From: Escherichia coli
GTDB taxonomy: Bacteria; Pseudomonadota; Gammaproteobacteria; Enterobacterales; Enterobacteriaceae
Assembly (NCBI RefSeq): GCF_044324875.1
Contig: NZ_CP172185.1
DNA: 64,000 nucleotides
Direction: 5' to 3' (one strand)
Part shown: positions 10,482-22,135 of the stretch, piece after piece
How positions within the stretch are numbered: the first letter of the stretch is position 1
Layout: each line of letters starts with the position of its first letter
Program-made: the position numbers and the translations under genes
The notes under the pieces: model-generated
The model's database searches: none
What the model saw: the letters and a program-made list of their open reading frames with translations, nothing else
What the model was told of the DNA's origin: nothing

Positions 10482-11177
10482 ATGTTCAGAAAATTAGCAG
10501 CTGAATGTTTTGGTACTTTCTGGCTTGTTTTTGGTGGCTGTGGTAGTGCCGTACTGGCCGCAGGCTTCCCGGAATTAGGCATTGGTTTTGCCGGCGTGGC
10601 GCTGGCATTCGGTCTGACCGTTCTGACGATGGCCTTTGCTGTTGGTCATATTTCTGGTGGTCATTTTAACCCGGCGGTCACTATTGGTTTATGGGCTGGC
10701 GGACGTTTCCCGGCAAAAGAAGTCGTTGGCTACGTAATTGCCCAGGTTGTCGGCGGTATTGTTGCGGCGGCGCTGCTGTATTTAATTGCCAGTGGTAAAA
10801 CGGGTTTTGACGCGGCAGCCAGCGGTTTTGCTTCTAACGGTTATGGCGAGCATTCGCCAGGCGGTTATTCCATGCTTTCCGCGCTGGTAGTTGAACTGGT
10901 ATTGAGTGCAGGTTTCCTGCTGGTGATCCACGGCGCAACCGACAAATTCGCTCCTGCTGGTTTTGCGCCGATCGCTATTGGTCTGGCCTTAACCCTGATT
11001 CACTTAATCAGTATTCCGGTGACTAACACTTCTGTTAACCCGGCGCGCAGCACCGCGGTTGCTATCTTCCAGGGCGGCTGGGCATTAGAACAACTGTGGT
11101 TCTTCTGGGTGGTGCCAATTGTCGGCGGCATTATCGGTGGTCTGATTTACCGGACCCTGCTGGAAAAACGTAATTAA
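10482..11177 (+). CDS. aqpZ: aquaporin Z
   Basis: MIP family with two NPA motifs (HFNPAVT, NPARS); 231 aa. Confidence 0.95.
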   Translation: MFRKLAAECFGTFWLVFGGCGSAVLAAGFPELGIGFAGVALAFGLTVLTMAFAVGHISGGHFNPAVTIGLWAGGRFPAKEVVGYVIAQVVGGIVAAALLYLIASGKTGFDAAASGFASNGYGEHSPGGYSMLSALVVELVLSAGFLLVIHGATDKFAPAGFAPIAIGLALTLIHLISIPVTNTSVNPARSTAVAIFQGGWALEQLWFFWVVPIVGGIIGGLIYRTLLEKRN

Positions 11178-11187
11178 TTAACGCAGA

Positions 11188-11216
11188 AGGCCTGGCGCAA
11201 TGTCAGGCCTTTTTTA
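11188..11216 (+). terminator. aqpZ intrinsic terminator
   Basis: aggcctggcgcaatgtcaggcct followed by TTTTTT. Confidence 0.7.
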
Positions 11217-11660
11217 AATATATTTATTCATCTTCCTGTTGCGCTCCTTGATGTGTTAAGCCACATATAGTCACTGGCGCAGGGAGCGCGCAGGGGGCGG
11301 CCAATCGCCGCCGCCCCCTGCACCCCCGGGCTCTGGCGAACAAAATCGCCGCTGCGCGGTGCCCTCGACTTATCCCTTGCGGCTACCGGGTCGGGCGCGA
11401 GGTAACATCCCTGTAAAACGCGCCCTCAGCCCACATCCATGTGGGCTGCCCCGGCCTTCAGGGAACGCCTCGGCGATTTTGACGCCACCAACACCGGTGC
11501 GGTTTGTAATTAAAGCGCAAGAATATCTTTAAATGAAAATGAATACCCTACCGATCCTTATGCATAACATTTCCTTTTAATTGCAACTTTACTCGTCCTT
11601 CCGCTTTCAGTAGTGTGTCATCGCGCATTTCGACTTCATCTTTGCAAGGACTGGGTTTTC

Positions 11661-12560
11661 ATGTTTTCTGGGCTGTTAATCATTCTGGTTCCCCTGATTG
11701 TGGGTTACCTCATTCCTCTTCGCCAAAAAGCTGCATTAAGAGTTATTAATCAGCTATTAAGCTGGATGGTTTACCTCATTCTCTTTTTTATGGGTATCAG
11801 TCTGGCGTTTCTCGATAACCTCGCCAGTAACCTGTTGGCGATTCTGCATTATTCCGCCGTCAGCATTACCATTATTTTACTCTGCAATATTATTGCGTTG
11901 TTGTGGCTGGAGCGCGGTCTGCCGTGGCGCAACCACCACCAGCAAGAAAAACTCCCGTCGCGTATTGCGATGGCGCTGGAGTCGCTAAAACTGTGCGGCG
12001 TAGTAGTGATTGGTTTTGCCATTGGTCTGAGTGGACTGGCTTTCTTACAACACGCGACCGAAGCCAGTGAATACACCTTAATTCTGCTACTTTTCCTCGT
12101 CGGTATTCAGTTGCGCAATAATGGCATGACCTTAAAGCAGATTGTCCTTAATCGCCGGGGAATGATTGTCGCCGTGGTGGTGGTTGCCAGTTCATTAATT
12201 GGTGGTTTAATTAACGCCTTTATTCTTGATCTTCCCATCAATACCGCGCTGGCAATGGCCTCTGGTTTCGGCTGGTATTCTCTTTCCGGTATTTTATTGA
12301 CCGAATCTTTTGGTCCGGTAATCGGGAGCGCGGCGTTTTTTAATGATCTGGCCCGTGAGCTGATTGCAATTATGTTGATCCCTGGGCTGATTCGCCGCAG
12401 CCGCTCTACCGCACTGGGCTTATGCGGTGCGACGTCGATGGATTTCACCCTGCCCGTTCTTCAACGTACTGGCGGGCTGGATATGGTCCCGGCGGCAATT
12501 GTTCACGGTTTTATTCTTAGCCTGTTAGTGCCGATCCTCATCGCCTTTTTCTCTGCGTAA
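11661..12560 (+). CDS. lysO: lysine exporter LysO (YbjE)
   Basis: Polytopic membrane protein, 299 aa from MFSGLLIILVPLIVGYLIP; conserved position next to aqpZ. Confidence 0.9.
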   Translation: MFSGLLIILVPLIVGYLIPLRQKAALRVINQLLSWMVYLILFFMGISLAFLDNLASNLLAILHYSAVSITIILLCNIIALLWLERGLPWRNHHQQEKLPSRIAMALESLKLCGVVVIGFAIGLSGLAFLQHATEASEYTLILLLFLVGIQLRNNGMTLKQIVLNRRGMIVAVVVVASSLIGGLINAFILDLPINTALAMASGFGWYSLSGILLTESFGPVIGSAAFFNDLARELIAIMLIPGLIRRSRSTALGLCGATSMDFTLPVLQRTGGLDMVPAAIVHGFILSLLVPILIAFFSA

Positions 12561-12703
12561 TACCTCTCTGGCGGTAGATCCCTGCCGCCAAAATTGCGCT
12601 AAATCAATCTCCCTTAAAGTTGCATGAAAAATCCCTTTTATCCCTGCGTTAAGCGTCTTAACCTTAAACATGTATATTAAATATAATTTTAAAAGGTGTG
12701 ATC

Positions 12704-14356
12704 ATGTTTTGTGTGCAATGTGAACAAACTATCCGTACTCCGGCAGGAAACGGCTGCTCATACGCGCAGGGGATGTGTGGTAAAACGGCGGAAACCTCTG
12801 ACCTTCAGGATTTACTCATCGCGGCGCTGCAAGGGCTTTCGGCCTGGGCGGTAAAAGCGCGTGAATACGGCATCATCAACCACGATGTAGACAGCTTTGC
12901 GCCACGCGCATTTTTCTCAACCCTGACCAACGTTAACTTCGATTCTCCGCGTATAGTCGGCTACGCTCGTGAAGCGATTGCCCTGCGCGAGGCGCTGAAA
13001 GCACAATGCCTGGCTGTAGATGCCAACGCCCGCGTCGATAACCCGATGGCTGACCTGCAACTGGTGAGCGATGATCTCGGCGAGCTGCAACGTCAGGCAG
13101 CAGAATTTACCCCTAACAAAGATAAAGCGGCGATTGGCGAAAACATTCTCGGCCTGCGCCTGCTGTGCCTGTATGGCCTGAAAGGTGCGGCGGCCTATAT
13201 GGAACACGCACACGTTCTCGGTCAATACGACAATGATATTTACGCCCAGTACCATAAAATCATGGCGTGGCTGGGGACCTGGCCTGCCGATATGAACGCG
13301 CTTCTTGAGTGTTCAATGGAAATCGGCCAGATGAACTTCAAAGTGATGAGCATTCTGGATGCAGGCGAAACCAGTAAATACGGTCACCCGACGCCAACCC
13401 AGGTCAACGTCAAAGCGACGGCGGGTAAATGCATTCTGATTTCCGGTCACGATCTCAAAGATCTCTACAACCTGCTGGAACAGACCGAAGGCACGGGCGT
13501 TAATGTCTACACCCACGGCGAAATGCTGCCTGCGCATGGCTACCCGGAGCTGCGTAAATTCAAGCATCTGGTCGGTAACTACGGCAGCGGCTGGCAGAAT
13601 CAGCAAGTGGAGTTCGCTCGTTTCCCTGGCCCCATCGTGATGACCTCGAACTGCATCATCGACCCAACCGTAGGCGCTTATGACGATCGTATCTGGACCC
13701 GCAGCATCGTTGGCTGGCCGGGTGTGCGTCATCTGGATGGCGAAGATTTCTCTGCGGTCATCGCCCAGGCGCAACAAATGGCGGGCTTCCCGTACAGCGA
13801 AATTCCGCACCTGATCACCGTGGGCTTTGGTCGCCAGACGCTGCTTGGCGCAGCCGATACGTTGATTGATCTGGTGAGACGTGAAAAACTGCGTCATATC
13901 TTCCTGCTTGGTGGCTGTGACGGCGCACGCGGCGAACGTCACTACTTCACCGATTTCGCCACCAGCGTGCCGGATGACTGCCTGATCCTGACTCTCGCCT
14001 GTGGTAAATATCGCTTTAACAAACTTGAGTTTGGCGATATCGAAGGTCTGCCGCGTCTGGTGGATGCCGGTCAGTGTAACGATGCTTACTCAGCAATTAT
14101 TCTGGCGGTAACGCTGGCAGAAAAACTGGGCTGCGGAGTCAACGATCTGCCGCTGTCGCTGGTGCTCTCCTGGTTTGAACAGAAAGCGATTGTCATTCTG
14201 CTGACGCTGCTTTCTCTGGGTGTGAAAAATATCGTCACCGGCCCGACTGCACCTGGTTTCCTGACACCAGACCTGCTGGCGGTGCTGAACGAGAAATTCG
14301 GCCTGCGTTCTATCACCACTGTTGAAGAAGACATGAAGCAACTGTTGAGCGCGTAA
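12704..14356 (+). CDS. hcp: hydroxylamine reductase / hybrid-cluster protein Hcp
   Basis: MFCVQCEQT... N-terminal Cys cluster; 550 aa; followed by hcr. Confidence 0.95.
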   Translation: MFCVQCEQTIRTPAGNGCSYAQGMCGKTAETSDLQDLLIAALQGLSAWAVKAREYGIINHDVDSFAPRAFFSTLTNVNFDSPRIVGYAREAIALREALKAQCLAVDANARVDNPMADLQLVSDDLGELQRQAAEFTPNKDKAAIGENILGLRLLCLYGLKGAAAYMEHAHVLGQYDNDIYAQYHKIMAWLGTWPADMNALLECSMEIGQMNFKVMSILDAGETSKYGHPTPTQVNVKATAGKCILISGHDLKDLYNLLEQTEGTGVNVYTHGEMLPAHGYPELRKFKHLVGNYGSGWQNQQVEFARFPGPIVMTSNCIIDPTVGAYDDRIWTRSIVGWPGVRHLDGEDFSAVIAQAQQMAGFPYSEIPHLITVGFGRQTLLGAADTLIDLVRREKLRHIFLLGGCDGARGERHYFTDFATSVPDDCLILTLACGKYRFNKLEFGDIEGLPRLVDAGQCNDAYSAIILAVTLAEKLGCGVNDLPLSLVLSWFEQKAIVILLTLLSLGVKNIVTGPTAPGFLTPDLLAVLNEKFGLRSITTVEEDMKQLLSA

Positions 14357-14367
14357 GGAGTTTGTCG

Positions 14368-15336
14368 ATGACGATGCCAACGAATCAATGCCCGTGGCGG
14401 ATGCAGGTTCATCACATTACGCAAGAAACGCCGGATGTGTGGACGATTTCCCTGATTTGCCACGATTACTACCCATATCGCGCCGGGCAATATGCACTGG
14501 TCAGCGTGCGTAACTCAGCGGAAACGCTGCGTGCTTACACCATTTCCTCCACGCCAGGCGTGAGTGAATACATCACCCTGACTGTGCGGCGGATTGATGA
14601 CGGTGTCGGCTCCCAGTGGCTGACGCGCGATGTAAAACGCGGTGATTATCTCTGGCTTTCGGACGCGATGGGGGAATTTACCTGCGACGATAAAGCAGAA
14701 GATAAATTCCTGTTGCTGGCGGCAGGCTGCGGCGTCACGCCGATTATGTCGATGCGTCGCTGGCTGGCGAAGAACCGTCCGCAGGCCGATGTGCAAGTGA
14801 TCTACAACGTGCGTACGCCGCAGGATGTGATTTTCGCCGATGAGTGGCGCAACTATCCGGTGACGCTGGTGGCAGAAAATAACGTTACCGAAGGCTTTAT
14901 CGCTGGTCGTCTCACTCGCGAACTGCTGGCAGGTGTCCCTGACTTAGCTTCACGTACCGTGATGACCTGCGGCCCGGCTCCGTATATGGATTGGGTAGAG
15001 CAGGAAGTGAAAGCGCTCGGCGTGACGCGTTTCTTTAAAGAGAAATTCTTCACCCCAGTAGCGGAAGCGGCGACCAGCGGTCTGAAATTCACCAAACTGC
15101 AACCGGCACGAGAATTTTACGCCCCGGTTGGCACCACGCTACTGGAGGCGCTGGAAAGCAATAACGTTCCGGTTGTCGCTGCCTGCCGTGCGGGTGTTTG
15201 CGGCTGCTGTAAGACGAAAGTGGTTTCCGGTGAATATACGGTGAGCAGCACAATGACGCTGACCGACGCCGAAATCGCTGAAGGTTACGTGCTGGCCTGC
15301 TCCTGCCATCCGCAGGGAGATTTGGTTCTCGCATAA
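14368..15336 (+). CDS. hcr: NADH oxidoreductase Hcr (FAD/NAD-binding plus 2Fe-2S ferredoxin domain)
   Basis: 322 aa; C-terminal CRAGVCGCC ferredoxin motif. Confidence 0.95.
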   Translation: MTMPTNQCPWRMQVHHITQETPDVWTISLICHDYYPYRAGQYALVSVRNSAETLRAYTISSTPGVSEYITLTVRRIDDGVGSQWLTRDVKRGDYLWLSDAMGEFTCDDKAEDKFLLLAAGCGVTPIMSMRRWLAKNRPQADVQVIYNVRTPQDVIFADEWRNYPVTLVAENNVTEGFIAGRLTRELLAGVPDLASRTVMTCGPAPYMDWVEQEVKALGVTRFFKEKFFTPVAEAATSGLKFTKLQPAREFYAPVGTTLLEALESNNVPVVAACRAGVCGCCKTKVVSGEYTVSSTMTLTDAEIAEGYVLACSCHPQGDLVLA

Positions 15337-15468
15337 TCGCCTTATGCCCGATGATATTCCTTTCATCGGGCTATTTAACCGTTAGTGCCCCCTTTTTCTC
15401 CCATCCCTTCCCCCTCCGTCAGATGAACTAAACTTGTAACCGTTATCACATTCAGGAGATGGAGAACC

Positions 15469-17187
15469 ATGAAACAAACGGTTGCAGCTTATATCGCCAA
15501 AACACTCGAATCGGCAGGCGTGAAACGCATCTGGGGAGTCACGGGCGACTCTCTGAACGGTCTTAGCGACAGTCTTAATCGCATGGGCACCATCGAGTGG
15601 ATGTCCACCCGCCATGAAGAAGTGGCGGCGTTTGCCGCTGGCGCTGAAGCACAACTTTCAGGAGAACTGGCGGTCTGTGCCGGATCGTGCGGCCCCGGAA
15701 ACCTGCACTTAATCAACGGCCTGTTCGATTGTCACCGCAATCACGTTCCGGTACTGGCGATTGCCGCTCATATTCCCTCCAGCGAAATTGGCAGCGGCTA
15801 TTTCCAGGAAACCCACCCACAAGAGCTATTCCGCGAATGTAGCCACTATTGCGAGCTGGTTTCCAGCCCGGAGCAAATCCCACAAGTGCTGGCGATTGCC
15901 ATGCGCAAAGCGGTGCTAAACCGTGGCGTTTCCGTTGTCGTGTTACCGGGCGACGTGGCGTTAAAACCTGCGCCAGAAGGGGCAACCTCGCACTGGTATC
16001 ATGCGCCACAGCCAGTCGTGACGCCGGAAGAAGAAGAGTTACGCAAACTGGCGCAACTGCTGCGTTATTCCAGCAATATCGCCCTGATGTGTGGCAGCGG
16101 CTGCGCGGGGGCGCATAAAGAGTTAGTTGAGTTTGCCGGGAAAATTAAAGCGCCTATTGTTCATGCCCTGCGCGGTAAAGAACATGTCGAATACGATAAT
16201 CCGTATGATGTCGGAATGACGGGATTAATTGGCTTCTCGTCAGGTTTCCATACCATGATGAACGCCGACACGTTAGTGCTACTCGGTACTCAGTTCCCCT
16301 ACCGCGCCTTCTACCCGACCGATGCCAAAATCATTCAGATTGATATCAACCCAGCCAGCATCGGCGCTCACAGCAAGGTGGATATGGCACTGGTCGGCGA
16401 TATCAAGTCGACTCTGCGTGCATTGCTGCCATTGGTGGAAGAAAAAGCCGATCGCAAGTTTCTGGATAAAGCGCTGGAAGATTACCGCGACGCCCGCAAA
16501 GGGCTGGACGATTTAGCTAAACCGAGCGAGAAAGCCATTCACCCGCAATATCTGGCGCAGCAAATTAGTCATTTTGCCGCCGATGACGCCATCTTTACCT
16601 GTGACGTTGGTACGCCAACGGTGTGGGCGGCACGTTATCTGAAAATGAACGGCAAGCGTCGTCTGTTAGGTTCGTTTAACCACGGTTCGATGGCTAACGC
16701 CATGCCGCAGGCGTTGGGTGCGCAGGCAACCGAGCCGGAACGTCAGGTGGTCGCCATGTGCGGCGATGGCGGTTTTAGCATGTTGATGGGCGATTTCCTC
16801 TCAGTAGTGCAGATGAAACTGCCGGTGAAAATTATCGTCTTTAATAACAGCGTGCTGGGCTTTGTGGCGATGGAGATGAAAGCCGGAGGCTACCTGACAG
16901 ACGGTACTGAGCTGCACGACACCAACTTTGCCCGCATTGCCGAAGCGTGCGGAATTACGGGTATTCGCGTGGAAAAAGCCTCTGAAGTCGATGAAGCCCT
17001 GCAACGCGCCTTTTCCATCGACGGTCCGGTGCTGGTGGATGTGGTGGTCGCCAAAGAAGAATTAGCCATTCCACCGCAGATCAAACTCGAACAGGCCAAA
17101 GGTTTCAGCCTGTATATGCTGCGCGCAATCATCAGCGGACGCGGCGATGAAGTGATCGAACTGGCGAAAACAAACTGGCTAAGGTAA
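15469..17187 (+). CDS. poxB: pyruvate dehydrogenase (ubiquinone), pyruvate oxidase PoxB
   Basis: 572 aa; thiamine-diphosphate enzyme with GDGGF motif. Confidence 0.95.
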   Translation: MKQTVAAYIAKTLESAGVKRIWGVTGDSLNGLSDSLNRMGTIEWMSTRHEEVAAFAAGAEAQLSGELAVCAGSCGPGNLHLINGLFDCHRNHVPVLAIAAHIPSSEIGSGYFQETHPQELFRECSHYCELVSSPEQIPQVLAIAMRKAVLNRGVSVVVLPGDVALKPAPEGATSHWYHAPQPVVTPEEEELRKLAQLLRYSSNIALMCGSGCAGAHKELVEFAGKIKAPIVHALRGKEHVEYDNPYDVGMTGLIGFSSGFHTMMNADTLVLLGTQFPYRAFYPTDAKIIQIDINPASIGAHSKVDMALVGDIKSTLRALLPLVEEKADRKFLDKALEDYRDARKGLDDLAKPSEKAIHPQYLAQQISHFAADDAIFTCDVGTPTVWAARYLKMNGKRRLLGSFNHGSMANAMPQALGAQATEPERQVVAMCGDGGFSMLMGDFLSVVQMKLPVKIIVFNNSVLGFVAMEMKAGGYLTDGTELHDTNFARIAEACGITGIRVEKASEVDEALQRAFSIDGPVLVDVVVAKEELAIPPQIKLEQAKGFSLYMLRAIISGRGDEVIELAKTNWLR

Positions 17188-17223
17188 AAAGGGTGGCATT
17201 TCCCGTCATAATAAGGACATGCC

Positions 17224-18225
17224 ATGATTGATTTACGCAGTGATACCGTTACCCGACCGAGCCGCGCCATGCTCGAAGCGATGATGGCCGCCCCGGTTGG
17301 GGACGACGTTTACGGAGACGACCCTACCGTTAATGCTCTGCAGGACTATGCAGCAGAGCTTTCCGGTAAAGAAGCCGCCATTTTTCTGCCTACCGGCACT
17401 CAGGCCAACCTGGTCGCTCTGCTCAGTCACTGTGAACGCGGCGAAGAGTATATTGTCGGTCAGGCCGCGCATAACTATCTGTTTGAAGCCGGTGGCGCGG
17501 CGGTGCTGGGCAGTATTCAACCGCAACCCATCGACGCGGCTGCCGACGGCACGCTACCGCTGGATAAAGTGGCGATGAAAATCAAACCCGACGATATCCA
17601 TTTCGCCCGCACCAAATTACTCAGTCTGGAAAACACCCACAACGGCAAAGTGCTGCCGCGGGAATACCTGAAAGAAGCATGGGAATTTACTCGCGAGCGC
17701 AATCTGGCGCTGCATGTTGACGGTGCGCGCATCTTTAATGCCGTGGTGGCTTACGGCTGCGAACTGAAAGAGATCACGCAATATTGTGATTCGTTCACCA
17801 TTTGCCTGTCGAAAGGACTTGGGACGCCAGTCGGCTCGTTACTCGCCGGTAATCGTGATTACATTAAACGCGCCATCCGCTGGCGGAAAATGACCGGTGG
17901 CGGGATGCGCCAGTCCGGCATTCTGGCTGCCGCCGGGATGTATGCCCTGAAAAATAACGTCGCGCGCTTACAGGAAGACCACGACAACGCCGACTGGATG
18001 GCGGAGCAGTTGCGTGAAGCAGGCGCGGATGTGATGCGTCAGGACACCAATATGCTGTTTGTTCGCGTCGGGGAAGAAAATGCTGCCGCGTTAGGCGAAT
18101 ACATGAAAGCGAGAAACGTGCTGATTAACGCCTCGCCGATTGTCCGCCTGGTGACTCATCTTGACGTCTCGCGTGCACAACTGGCGGAAGTCGCCGCCCA
18201 CTGGCGCGCATTCCTGGCGCGTTAA
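17224..18225 (+). CDS. ltaE: low-specificity L-threonine aldolase
   Basis: 333 aa; [13 protein letters not shown]... PLP-dependent aldolase. Confidence 0.95.
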   Translation: MIDLRSDTVTRPSRAMLEAMMAAPVGDDVYGDDPTVNALQDYAAELSGKEAAIFLPTGTQANLVALLSHCERGEEYIVGQAAHNYLFEAGGAAVLGSIQPQPIDAAADGTLPLDKVAMKIKPDDIHFARTKLLSLENTHNGKVLPREYLKEAWEFTRERNLALHVDGARIFNAVVAYGCELKEITQYCDSFTICLSKGLGTPVGSLLAGNRDYIKRAIRWRKMTGGGMRQSGILAAAGMYALKNNVARLQEDHDNADWMAEQLREAGADVMRQDTNMLFVRVGEENAAALGEYMKARNVLINASPIVRLVTHLDVSRAQLAEVAAHWRAFLAR

Positions 18226-18235
18226 GGAGGGAGAC

Positions 18236-19666
18236 GTGCCGCAACGCATTTTAGTTCTCGGTGCCAGTGGCTATATTGGTCAGCATCTGGTGCGAACACT
18301 CAGCCAGCAGGGGCATCAGATCCTGGCGGCGGCACGTCATGTCGACAGGCTTGCAAAGCTGCAACTGGCAAATGTCAGTTGCCATAAAGTCGATCTCAGC
18401 TGGCCGGATAACCTTCCGGCCCTGTTGCAGGATATCGATACGGTCTATTTTCTGGTGCACAGCATGGGCGAAGGCGGCGATTTTATCGCTCAGGAGCGCC
18501 AGGTGGCTCTCAACGTCCGCGATGCGCTACGTGAAGTCCCAGTTAAGCAATTAATCTTTCTCAGTTCGTTGCAGGCCCCGCCACATGAGCAATCGGACCA
18601 TCTGCGTGCCCGTCAGGCTACGGCGGATATTCTTCGTGAAGCGGGTGTCCCGGTGACCGAATTGCGTGCCGGAATAATCGTTGGTGCAGGTTCAGCGGCG
18701 TTCGAAGTCATGCGCGATATGGTCTACAACCTGCCAGTCTTAACGCCGCCACGCTGGGTACGTTCACGCACCACGCCCATCGCGCTGGAAAACTTGCTGC
18801 ACTATCTGGTGGCGCTGTTAGATCATCCGGCCAGCGAACATCGCATCTTCGAAGCCGCCGGACCAGAAGTGCTCAGTTATCAGCAACAGTTTGAACATTT
18901 TATGGCGGTGAGCGGTAAGCGCCGCTGGTTGATCCCCATCCCCTTTCCGACCCGCTGGATTTCGGTGTGGTTTCTCAATGTGATTACTTCCGTACCGCCC
19001 ACCACCGCCAGGGCGTTGATTCAGGGGCTGAAACACGATCTGCTGGCGGATGACACCGCGTTACGTGCACTCATCCCACAACGGCTGATTGCTTTCGATG
19101 ACGCGGTACGTCGCACCCTGAAAGAGGAAGAAAAGCTGGTCAACTCCAGCGACTGGGGATACGACGCTCAGGCCTTTGCCCGCTGGCGACCGGAGTACGG
19201 TTATTTCGCCAAACAGGCGGGGTTTACCGTTAAAACGTCCGCCAGCCTTGCGGCTTTATGGCAGGTGGTGAATCAAATCGGCGGTAAAGAGCGTTATTTC
19301 TTTGGCAATATTTTGTGGCAAACCCGGGCGTTGATGGACCGCGCGATCGGTCATAAGCTGGCGAAAGGCCGCCCGGAGCGTGAATATTTGCAGACCGGCG
19401 ATGCGGTGGATAGCTGGAAGGTGATTGTCGTTGAACCGGAAAAACAACTTACGCTGTTATTTGGCATGAAAGCGCCGGGGCTGGGACGACTGTGTTTTAC
19501 CCTGGAAGATAAAGGCGACTATCGTACTATCGATGTTCGCGCATTCTGGCATCCGCACGGTATGCCGGGGCTGTTTTACTGGTTATTGATGATCCCCGCG
19601 CATCTGTTTATTTTTCGCGGAATGGCAAAACAAATCGCCAGACTGGCAGAACAAAGCACAGATTAA
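18236..19666 (+). CDS. ybjT: NAD(P)-binding Rossmann-fold protein YbjT
   Basis: GTG start at 18236 preceded by AGGAGG; [14 protein letters not shown] dinucleotide-binding motif; the ORF track's 18161 start overlaps ltaE and is likely spurious. Confidence 0.85.
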   Translation: MPQRILVLGASGYIGQHLVRTLSQQGHQILAAARHVDRLAKLQLANVSCHKVDLSWPDNLPALLQDIDTVYFLVHSMGEGGDFIAQERQVALNVRDALREVPVKQLIFLSSLQAPPHEQSDHLRARQATADILREAGVPVTELRAGIIVGAGSAAFEVMRDMVYNLPVLTPPRWVRSRTTPIALENLLHYLVALLDHPASEHRIFEAAGPEVLSYQQQFEHFMAVSGKRRWLIPIPFPTRWISVWFLNVITSVPPTTARALIQGLKHDLLADDTALRALIPQRLIAFDDAVRRTLKEEEKLVNSSDWGYDAQAFARWRPEYGYFAKQAGFTVKTSASLAALWQVVNQIGGKERYFFGNILWQTRALMDRAIGHKLAKGRPEREYLQTGDAVDSWKVIVVEPEKQLTLLFGMKAPGLGRLCFTLEDKGDYRTIDVRAFWHPHGMPGLFYWLLMIPAHLFIFRGMAKQIARLAEQSTD

Positions 19667-19764
19667 TCGACAAAACCTACGTTATTCTTTCATGTTTCCC
19701 ATTGCATCATGGGGGAAATCACGGAAGAATGCGCACGTCATTTTCTCAACAACAGTGGATTGAT

Positions 19765-20778
19765 ATGAAGGTACTGGTTACCGGCGCCACCAGCGGCTTA
19801 GGTCGAAACGCGGTAGAGTTTTTATGCCAGAAAGGCATCAGCGTGCGAGCGACCGGTCGCAACGAGGCAATGGGTAAATTGCTGGAAAAAATGGGCGCAG
19901 AGTTTGTTCCGGCGGATCTGACCGAGCTGGTCTCATCACAAGCTAAAGTGATGCTCGCGGGCATTGATACGCTGTGGCACTGCTCCAGCTTTACCTCGCC
20001 CTGGGGGACACAACAGGCTTTCGATCTGGCTAACGTTCGCGCCACTCGCCGCCTGGGTGAATGGGCTGTCGCCTGGGGTGTGCGTAACTTTATTCATATC
20101 TCTTCCCCCTCCCTGTACTTCGATTATCACCACCATCGCGATATTAAAGAAGATTTTCGCCCTCACCGCTTCGCCAACGAGTTTGCCCGCAGCAAAGCAG
20201 CCAGCGAAGAGGTGATCAATATGCTTTCGCAGGCGAATCCACAAACGCGCTTTACTATTCTGCGCCCACAAAGTCTGTTCGGACCGCACGATAAAGTCTT
20301 TATTCCCCGTCTGGCGCATATGATGCACCACTATGGCAGCATTCTGTTACCGCACGGCGGCAGTGCGCTGGTGGATATGACCTACTATGAAAATGCCGTG
20401 CACGCCATGTGGCTGGCAAGCCAGGAAGCCTGCGATAAGCTACCTTCCGGGCGTGTGTACAACATCACCAATGGCGAGCATCGCACACTGCGCAGCATCG
20501 TGCAGAAGCTGATCGACGAGTTGAATATTGACTGTCGTATTCGTTCCGTCCCCTACCCGATGCTGGATATGATCGCCCGCAGCATGGAGCGTTTAGGCCG
20601 CAAGTCAGCAAAAGAGCCGCCGCTGACCCACTACGGCGTCTCCAAGTTGAATTTTGACTTTACGCTGGATATTACGCGTGCGCAGGAAGAGTTAGGTTAT
20701 CAACCAGTCCTCACCCTGGATGAAGGTATCGAGAAAACTGCCGTCTGGCTACGCGACCACGGAAAACTGCCGCGCTAA
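19765..20778 (+). CDS. ybjS: NAD-dependent epimerase/dehydratase-family protein YbjS
   Basis: [15 protein letters not shown]... Rossmann motif; 337 aa from the internal Met. Confidence 0.85.
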   Translation: MKVLVTGATSGLGRNAVEFLCQKGISVRATGRNEAMGKLLEKMGAEFVPADLTELVSSQAKVMLAGIDTLWHCSSFTSPWGTQQAFDLANVRATRRLGEWAVAWGVRNFIHISSPSLYFDYHHHRDIKEDFRPHRFANEFARSKAASEEVINMLSQANPQTRFTILRPQSLFGPHDKVFIPRLAHMMHHYGSILLPHGGSALVDMTYYENAVHAMWLASQEACDKLPSGRVYNITNGEHRTLRSIVQKLIDELNIDCRIRSVPYPMLDMIARSMERLGRKSAKEPPLTHYGVSKLNFDFTLDITRAQEELGYQPVLTLDEGIEKTAVWLRDHGKLPR

Positions 20779-21605
20779 TCCTGCCCGTATTTCTCCAGCA
20801 ACGCTTCGGCAATCGCCTGAGTTTCTGCATCCGCTTCGCCGTTGTATAACGTCGGGCGGAAATGCATCTGGAACGCCATAATCACGCGCCGCTGCTCGCG
20901 CGGTGTCATATCAGGTTTAACGTCATAACCGTAGCGCGCCAAAAGCTCCAGCAATGACGCGGTATCTACCGGTGTGTGCGGCGCGCGCCCGGCAAGGTAA
21001 AAGTTCACCCGCTGCGCATCCGGCCAGGCACCAATCCCCTGCTGCGCCAGTTGTTGCCAGAGGAATAACGGCCCCGGATCGTCTTTGCGCTGCGGCGCAA
21101 TATCCGCATGTGCCACTACGTTTTCCGGCTTGATGTGATAACGGGCAATAATATCTTTCGCCAGCGGAATAAGCGCCTGAATCTGTGCCTGTTCAAACGG
21201 GGCAAAATATTTCACTCCGGCTGATTTCTGCCAGCCACGGTTTTCCAGCTCAATGCCAATAGAGGTGTCGTTAAGGCGCGTTGCCCCGCGCCAGGCGCTA
21301 ATCCCCGCATGCCAGGCCAGTTCTTCTTCCGGCACCAGTTGCCAGATGCGCGGTTTACCGTTGTATCGCGGTGGCACAGCAGGCACCAGATAATGCGAGC
21401 TGACCTGCTTATCGGTCAGTGTCGCCAGCGAGCTATCAAAATCATCTGCGGTGTAGTGGATCACCAGCACTTTAATGCGCGGATACGCCGCCTGCGCCTG
21501 GCGTCGGGTATCAAGCTGATATCCCTCTTTCTCGACAATGCCTTTTTCGCCTGCACACCCTGCCAATAACAGAGCGACAGCGACCAGCCAAAAGACTCTT
21601 CTCAT
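20775..21605 (-). CDS. amiD: N-acetylmuramoyl-L-alanine amidase AmiD (lipoprotein)
   Basis: 276 aa; signal peptide with lipobox LLAGC; amidase_2 domain; 4-bp overlaps with ybjS and ybjQ. Confidence 0.9.
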
Positions 21606-21925
21606 CGACGCGTTTTCACCGCCGTACCGCTGACGCTAACCATCAGCATACTGCCATTTTGCCCGACCGTTTCATAGTCGATATCAATACCAACCACGGC
21701 ATCGGCCCCCAGCGCCCGGGCCTGATCGCCGAGCTCCTCAAAGGCGATCTCCCGCGCTTTACGCAATTCTTTTTCATAAGCCCCGGAGCGTCCGCCAACG
21801 ATATCGCGGATACCGGCAAAGAAATCACGGAAAATATTGGCACCTAAAATCGCTTCGCCGGTCACCACACCGCAATATTCGACGATGGTCTGGCCTTCCA
21901 GAGTTGGGGTTGTAGAAAATTGCAT
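21602..21925 (-). CDS. ybjQ: UPF0145/YbjQ family protein
   Basis: 107 aa; conserved position upstream of amiD. Confidence 0.9.
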
Positions 21926-22135
21926 GATCGATCTCCTTGTTTGTTAAGCCTTCGATCTCTAAAGCATTATCGGACTGATATGCCATGTTGGGAAGAAGGT
22001 TTTGATCAGTTTAGGAAATCATCTCATTGTGTCAAAAACACCCACTTAAGTCTTTACGATTATCCGTTGCATAACCCGATATTGGTTTCATTATAGGGTA
22101 CCGCTTACCTGTCTTATTATGTTGCACCAACAACA

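Noticed and set aside
12640-12697. Possible NsrR or FNR operator upstream of hcp (aacatgtatattaaatataatttt; ttgcatgaaaaatc)
   Set aside because: hcp is known to be nitrosative-stress and anaerobically regulated, but the matches I can see to the NsrR and FNR consensus sequences are partial and I cannot align them confidently without a motif scan.
18161-18235. Upstream extension of ybjT overlapping ltaE by 65 bp (ORF track start 18161)
   Set aside because: A GTG at 18236 with an AGGAGG ribosome-binding site gives the start [12 protein letters not shown] expected for the Rossmann motif; the extension just reads through the ltaE 3' end in another frame.
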